From a virus (lineage: Duplodnaviria; Caudoviricetes), in IMG/VR virus record IMGVR_UViG_3300030737_000018, positions 1 to 58,749 of that record: 58,749 nt of DNA; one strand, 5' to 3'. The notes beneath the pieces were generated by a model. The model made no database searches and was not told where the DNA came from. It saw nothing but the letters and a program-made list of their open reading frames with translations. The translations under genes were made by a program, and so were the position numbers. This document shows, one piece after another, positions 57,001 through 58,749 of this stretch. How positions within the stretch are numbered: position 1 is the stretch's first letter; each line of letters begins with the position of its first letter.

Positions 57001-58158
57001 TTCTATCGCATCGGAGCAACCGCAGGAGACAACTATCTGCGCGCCTTCCGGCACCCCTTGGGGCTACATACCGAGATGGTCATGGGGCGTCCGGTGCAGA
57101 CCTCCGTGGACTGGGCCAAGCTGGCGAAATTCGGAAGCGCTTGGGCCGGTGTCGCTTTTGCCAGTTACCTACTGCAGGCAGAGACTTTGGGCAACGACGA
57201 CCAGGGTAAGTCGCGCATGTCCAAGATCATGAGCATGGACCCCACCGCCGCCGTGGAGCACACCTTCATTGGCAACGGTACAGACAGCCCCTTCTCCTAC
57301 CCCACGGGGTTAGGTGCGACACAGTTCCTTACTGCTCCCGGTACCCTCATGGCCGCTGTCGCGCGCAAGGACATTACCATCGAGCAAGCGGCCGATGCCT
57401 ACGGGCACATCCTCATGCGTAATATACCGTTAGCCGAGGGCAACCCGGTACCGAAGGACGCCGGTCTACTAGCCCATCTATTCGCTATCGGCATGGGCGC
57501 AGTGACGCCCACTGCGGCGCAGCCAGGCGTCGGCTTGGAGAAGAATCTCAACAGCTTCGGGGAGCCTATCCATACTACACACGATAACCCGGCTTTGTTT
57601 GCCGCAGACCAGGGTAAGACCAATACGCCAGAAATGTGGAAGGAAATTGCTCAGTCACTTCGTGAGCATACGGGGGAAGACTTCTACCCCGAAACCCTAC
57701 AGTTCCTTTCCGAGAACTACATGGGTAGCGTACCTACCGATCTGCTTCGCAGCACATTGGGGCAAACCTCTCGGGCTGCGGTCGGCCTTCCGAACAATAC
57801 CTTGGAGTCCGTGCTGAAGCTGACGCAGGATACTTCGTACTATGACTCCAGCCACGTCTATCAAGTGTCGAAAGAACTCAACGAATCCCTTCAGCAACTC
57901 GACAGCATCCGCTTGGCTGCGGGCCCTAAAGGGTCTCCTGCTTACGAAGAAGCGGGGCAGCAGTGGCTCTCCAGTAACCCCGACGCGCAGAAGAAACTGG
58001 TGGCGCTGAACCAGCTCACGGCGGCGCAGAAGACGTATCAGGCGGGGCTCAAGGCGTTGGTCAACTCCAAGGATGGGCTGGAGAGGAAGCAGTACAACAG
58101 GAAGAAGCTCGACTCGGCGTTGCGCACGGCGACGGATGCGGCGGAGAAGACGCTTTAG
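51058..58158 (+). CDS. giant internal virion/polyvalent protein with metallopeptidase-like motifs and LPD38-like C-terminus
   Basis: 2366 aa; HE..E...H..AH..A..AE segment; TAVHELMH...SEYWA zincin motif; YVPLRG; E.N.N.FG.PI near the C-terminus. Confidence 0.75.
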   Translation: MMDSTQTAVDPSAPNHASDADVNNYMAGRLQQMQALMPPPVDSNGAPGGAPPPGPRPPPTPAVDAPSWNDELSAAEKANGGKPLEPDKLQDLSNAHWARSTLPSLYLANKTLPVAKVAALKNAYDANFKQFADQYHAKNGAAVPPSSSAAADFLKSAAGSIGQGLLEAGRYIPGGIAATTDDLYNAVHGTTGNPQADAYFDWYNKNVDTPGREDALKKMQSDAAASSPVSAFVGQLPGAIASGGTLPALNAVANERDAGGTIGQQEATLGLNTAANLAGMGIGGGLTGTLGRRLLKGGLANTALGVGQTVGSNLIDPKNNPIDAKNVAMQVALGTALGELGHQVNTRVAANKFAGAEGHASTDPAYAARKAYAMAGGDPTTYAPGMTPPNGETTQAKTQFKAAAAAKAAWAKAGGDPKAYGPAPGPVDLSGKPVVDSQGKPVQVADGIELPTNPNVPTGAGIPDAQHAKIVAEASSRAATPAGVATAKLAATRSDAAAEIVATAQNTAKKAAGPAWDAMTPLQQHAATEAAAVTLNRVAKAEGVPGLLDQQRQAATAAGQPTPTVTETGQPDIQGQAPGMPGAPPQAAPQSEPGAPAEEVPGQESGEPLTPHPELGQNLAAEAMGGDQAASPLDTAPKDPLDQTAAQADTLQNKQLHSALDQALTKIRKGVRTAYPTNKLAKMTLEEKYAAYQKETTPTPSATKSEAVPGETMGNISPEGKISIRHRDGSVENVRNPARPDVEAAAAKVDAPGINKINDLGHPRQLGEPLSSKTPVVTTKDVHLAGGVSQDGNTIYIDQRMPKYVNVGGRRINVHEAVALHERVEWPLMKEMGAVYHDAHDAATAAENHFIRQKYGVDPLKYQDALKAAIKKAGIENRHPSADIPADLDSQPNVDLGDTAPLEGKVVPQRAGLRAKKAPAPVEANPLEPTASSEAADVVGQTLEGKVTPADLADVRTMVERAQNGLPEDLHARIHEMREDDVITANEAKALRQAGRETPRNTAERDTGVTKAVDAGHEELLEDAQRSEPPTTDLGRAADEVARAADEIPTGLKSDRARAAETIAKLRKLFPDSPNHQKGIDFLAWTLGKNPALIRTIKGVARTPEGVNYGGRFGSVSRILELVDRKDMAPNTAVHELMHAAESLLPQPIRDAVLKAREAEINRLAPQAAPAEKAMFEYLQNGLKASSPEERALYMQGAKDELLHLRDSQGATGKRIGELYSLVNSSEYWAVHATDMLQEGYLRKGLWAQAHQWLKGFIEQIRSLFSGNPNRDAIINGLQHIMGTQETGTQSFLRDYELTKERYAGQPDGLTPVAAMGQLHDLVMDAADEHENQIERSRDIATKFEETVADQKAFLFKAQEGLRRILGVDAIKQAHDLVDAARLLSGDRGWLVKKAMTDYGHTFEATFAAHSDAIDIDPVRAADKLGMFTQARHTVEALYPEMYRREVPLNNGEEMSRQELNEQLKNLTIAPKEYRKQMTDLVRQNASQPFNEWAHSKYGKLFEQYKSKLKELTDQGVRAAVEKHFDGPMQAINEESIRLNHASGRVATDDPYIEANGFPHYVPLRGHALDGTSMDEAAPTDDFGSIRRPWLNSGNIAKEMKTVKGRATWAQNSALSLLSRMQEAARGVADGRFTKTLLDTVTAHGEALQTKAETLEKALGAETNEARKAALAKQLQEVKASEFSNTTVRSFTGTPRDGYDDIATGQHYDEMPKVPNSVVHHEGREHYLIQFPENSDTYRGLQAINTNYDPREFPMIGNVLGFVEHQVHKVTRPLKLGEPTHLIGKSTAFIARTNTVFNPVFTVGKLLLRLLQEKGVMFSIQNAKGPIDSGVMLAKVYANYLGGVFHKGTGEALVLMLKHDNAGLRALGAKDPDSFAGLMMRMNEAGASTEFNQEITMHEQRNVLVMAALRKQQNLLFRGVRAGSNALSGLADIAENIPSVGIFRYLTQKGMSDREAAARVKGSFDLQQRGTAGKAINGVHAFYRIGATAGDNYLRAFRHPLGLHTEMVMGRPVQTSVDWAKLAKFGSAWAGVAFASYLLQAETLGNDDQGKSRMSKIMSMDPTAAVEHTFIGNGTDSPFSYPTGLGATQFLTAPGTLMAAVARKDITIEQAADAYGHILMRNIPLAEGNPVPKDAGLLAHLFAIGMGAVTPTAAQPGVGLEKNLNSFGEPIHTTHDNPALFAADQGKTNTPEMWKEIAQSLREHTGEDFYPETLQFLSENYMGSVPTDLLRSTLGQTSRAAVGLPNNTLESVLKLTQDTSYYDSSHVYQVSKELNESLQQLDSIRLAAGPKGSPAYEEAGQQWLSSNPDAQKKLVALNQLTAAQKTYQAGLKALVNSKDGLERKQYNRKKLDSALRTATDAAEKTL

Positions 58159-58385
58159 ACCCCCAACGCCTCGTACAGCTGCGCCCACGACACCGATCCG
58201 TCGCCCTGCTTGCGGATCTTCCTGATCGCCGCGCGCACCTGGTCTTCCGTCTTGGCGCAGGCTTCGGCCACGGTGCTGATACTATGCCCTTCCCCGCTGA
58301 TGCGCGCGAGGGTGAAACGATGGGAGGCTTGGGCGCGCTGCACCTGATCGGGTGGACTGGCGCTGGGGAGGCGGATCGTGGTCAT
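58155..58385 (-). CDS. small HTH-like protein
   Basis: SISTVAEACAKTEDQVRAAIRK; AAGGTGAG RBS; convergent with the giant gene. Confidence 0.55.
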   Translation of the reverse strand: MTTIRLPSASPPDQVQRAQASHRFTLARISGEGHSISTVAEACAKTEDQVRAAIRKIRKQGDGSVSWAQLYEALGV

Positions 58386-58660
58386 TTGCTCACCTTTATC
58401 TCAGCATCAGGATTGGTGTCGCAGGCTGTAACGACACCCTCTAAAAACTGCAGTGCAGTATCATATTCGCCCCATCCGTTACTTGGAGTAAGTGTTTGGT
58501 ATTTGCTCGGGTGACGCCGCATGTCGCTTAGCCCCCGTTGAAGTACAGCCAACACTTCTCCTGCTGTCTGGCCGTCGCTATTGTAGAGTGCATCATAGAC
58601 ACCTGCAGCGCGCCACATCGGCCCTAAATTATGGCGATTATCCCCTACTTGACATTTCAT
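58382..58660 (-). CDS. conserved hypothetical protein
   Basis: HNL..MW.AAG; M...P.KY..L.P.NGWG.Y..AL.FL. Confidence 0.7.
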   Translation of the reverse strand: MKCQVGDNRHNLGPMWRAAGVYDALYNSDGQTAGEVLAVLQRGLSDMRRHPSKYQTLTPSNGWGEYDTALQFLEGVVTACDTNPDAEIKVSK

Positions 58661-58749
58661 CGTGACGCTCCTATGCTGTGTTCCAAGGCATCAAGGGGTA
58701 CACAGTCATGGCCAAGAACGCACCGATTCACCAGCTCAGCATCCGCCAG
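58657..58749 (-). CDS. 3' end of a gene truncated by the window edge
   Basis: Open frame LADAELVNRCVLGHDCVPLDALEHSIGASR-stop; TGA overlaps the next ATG. Confidence 0.4.
   Translation of the reverse strand: MADAELVNRCVLGHDCVPLDALEHSIGASR

Noticed and set aside
58657-58749. Circular closure of the window ends
   Set aside because: A plus frame from ATG 58673 would join the 2-151 fragment in frame, but the coupled minus-strand gene would hit a TAG just across the junction and there is no terminal repeat; both ends look truncated

Overview
This window is most of the genome of a high-GC tailed dsDNA phage with a podovirus-type structural module. Two-component spanins imply a Gram-negative host. 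The minus-strand arm (about 290-24400) carries an AEP/DUF927-type primase-helicase, an HTH protein, an SSB-like protein, a SNF2-like helicase, a VRR-NUC nuclease, a Cas4-like PD-(D/E)XK exonuclease, a family A DNA polymerase with a 311-aa intein, a C5-methyltransferase-like protein and about 40 small early genes. A roughly 510-bp non-coding block with 12 YGTARC hexamers is a candidate origin, and transcription diverges at about 24450-24800. The plus-strand arm (24800-58158) carries TerS, TerL, portal, fibre/decoration proteins, a lysis cassette (holin, GH19 endolysin, Rz with embedded Rz1), scaffold, major capsid, adaptor/nozzle genes, ejection proteins and a 2366-aa polyvalent protein. The most notable observation is that the tail nozzle (tubular protein B-like) gene appears split in two by a translationally coupled GT9 heptosyltransferase-like gene, in a virion rich in Ser/Thr repeat proteins; this may be a virion glycosylation system. 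Other highlights are two structured intergenic RNAs (a four-way junction with kissing loops and an SD-sequestering pseudoknot), and an early leader with a Met-Asp-stop minigene and terminator. I saw no integrase, CRISPR array or canonical tRNA. Family calls come from motif recognition, not database searches.
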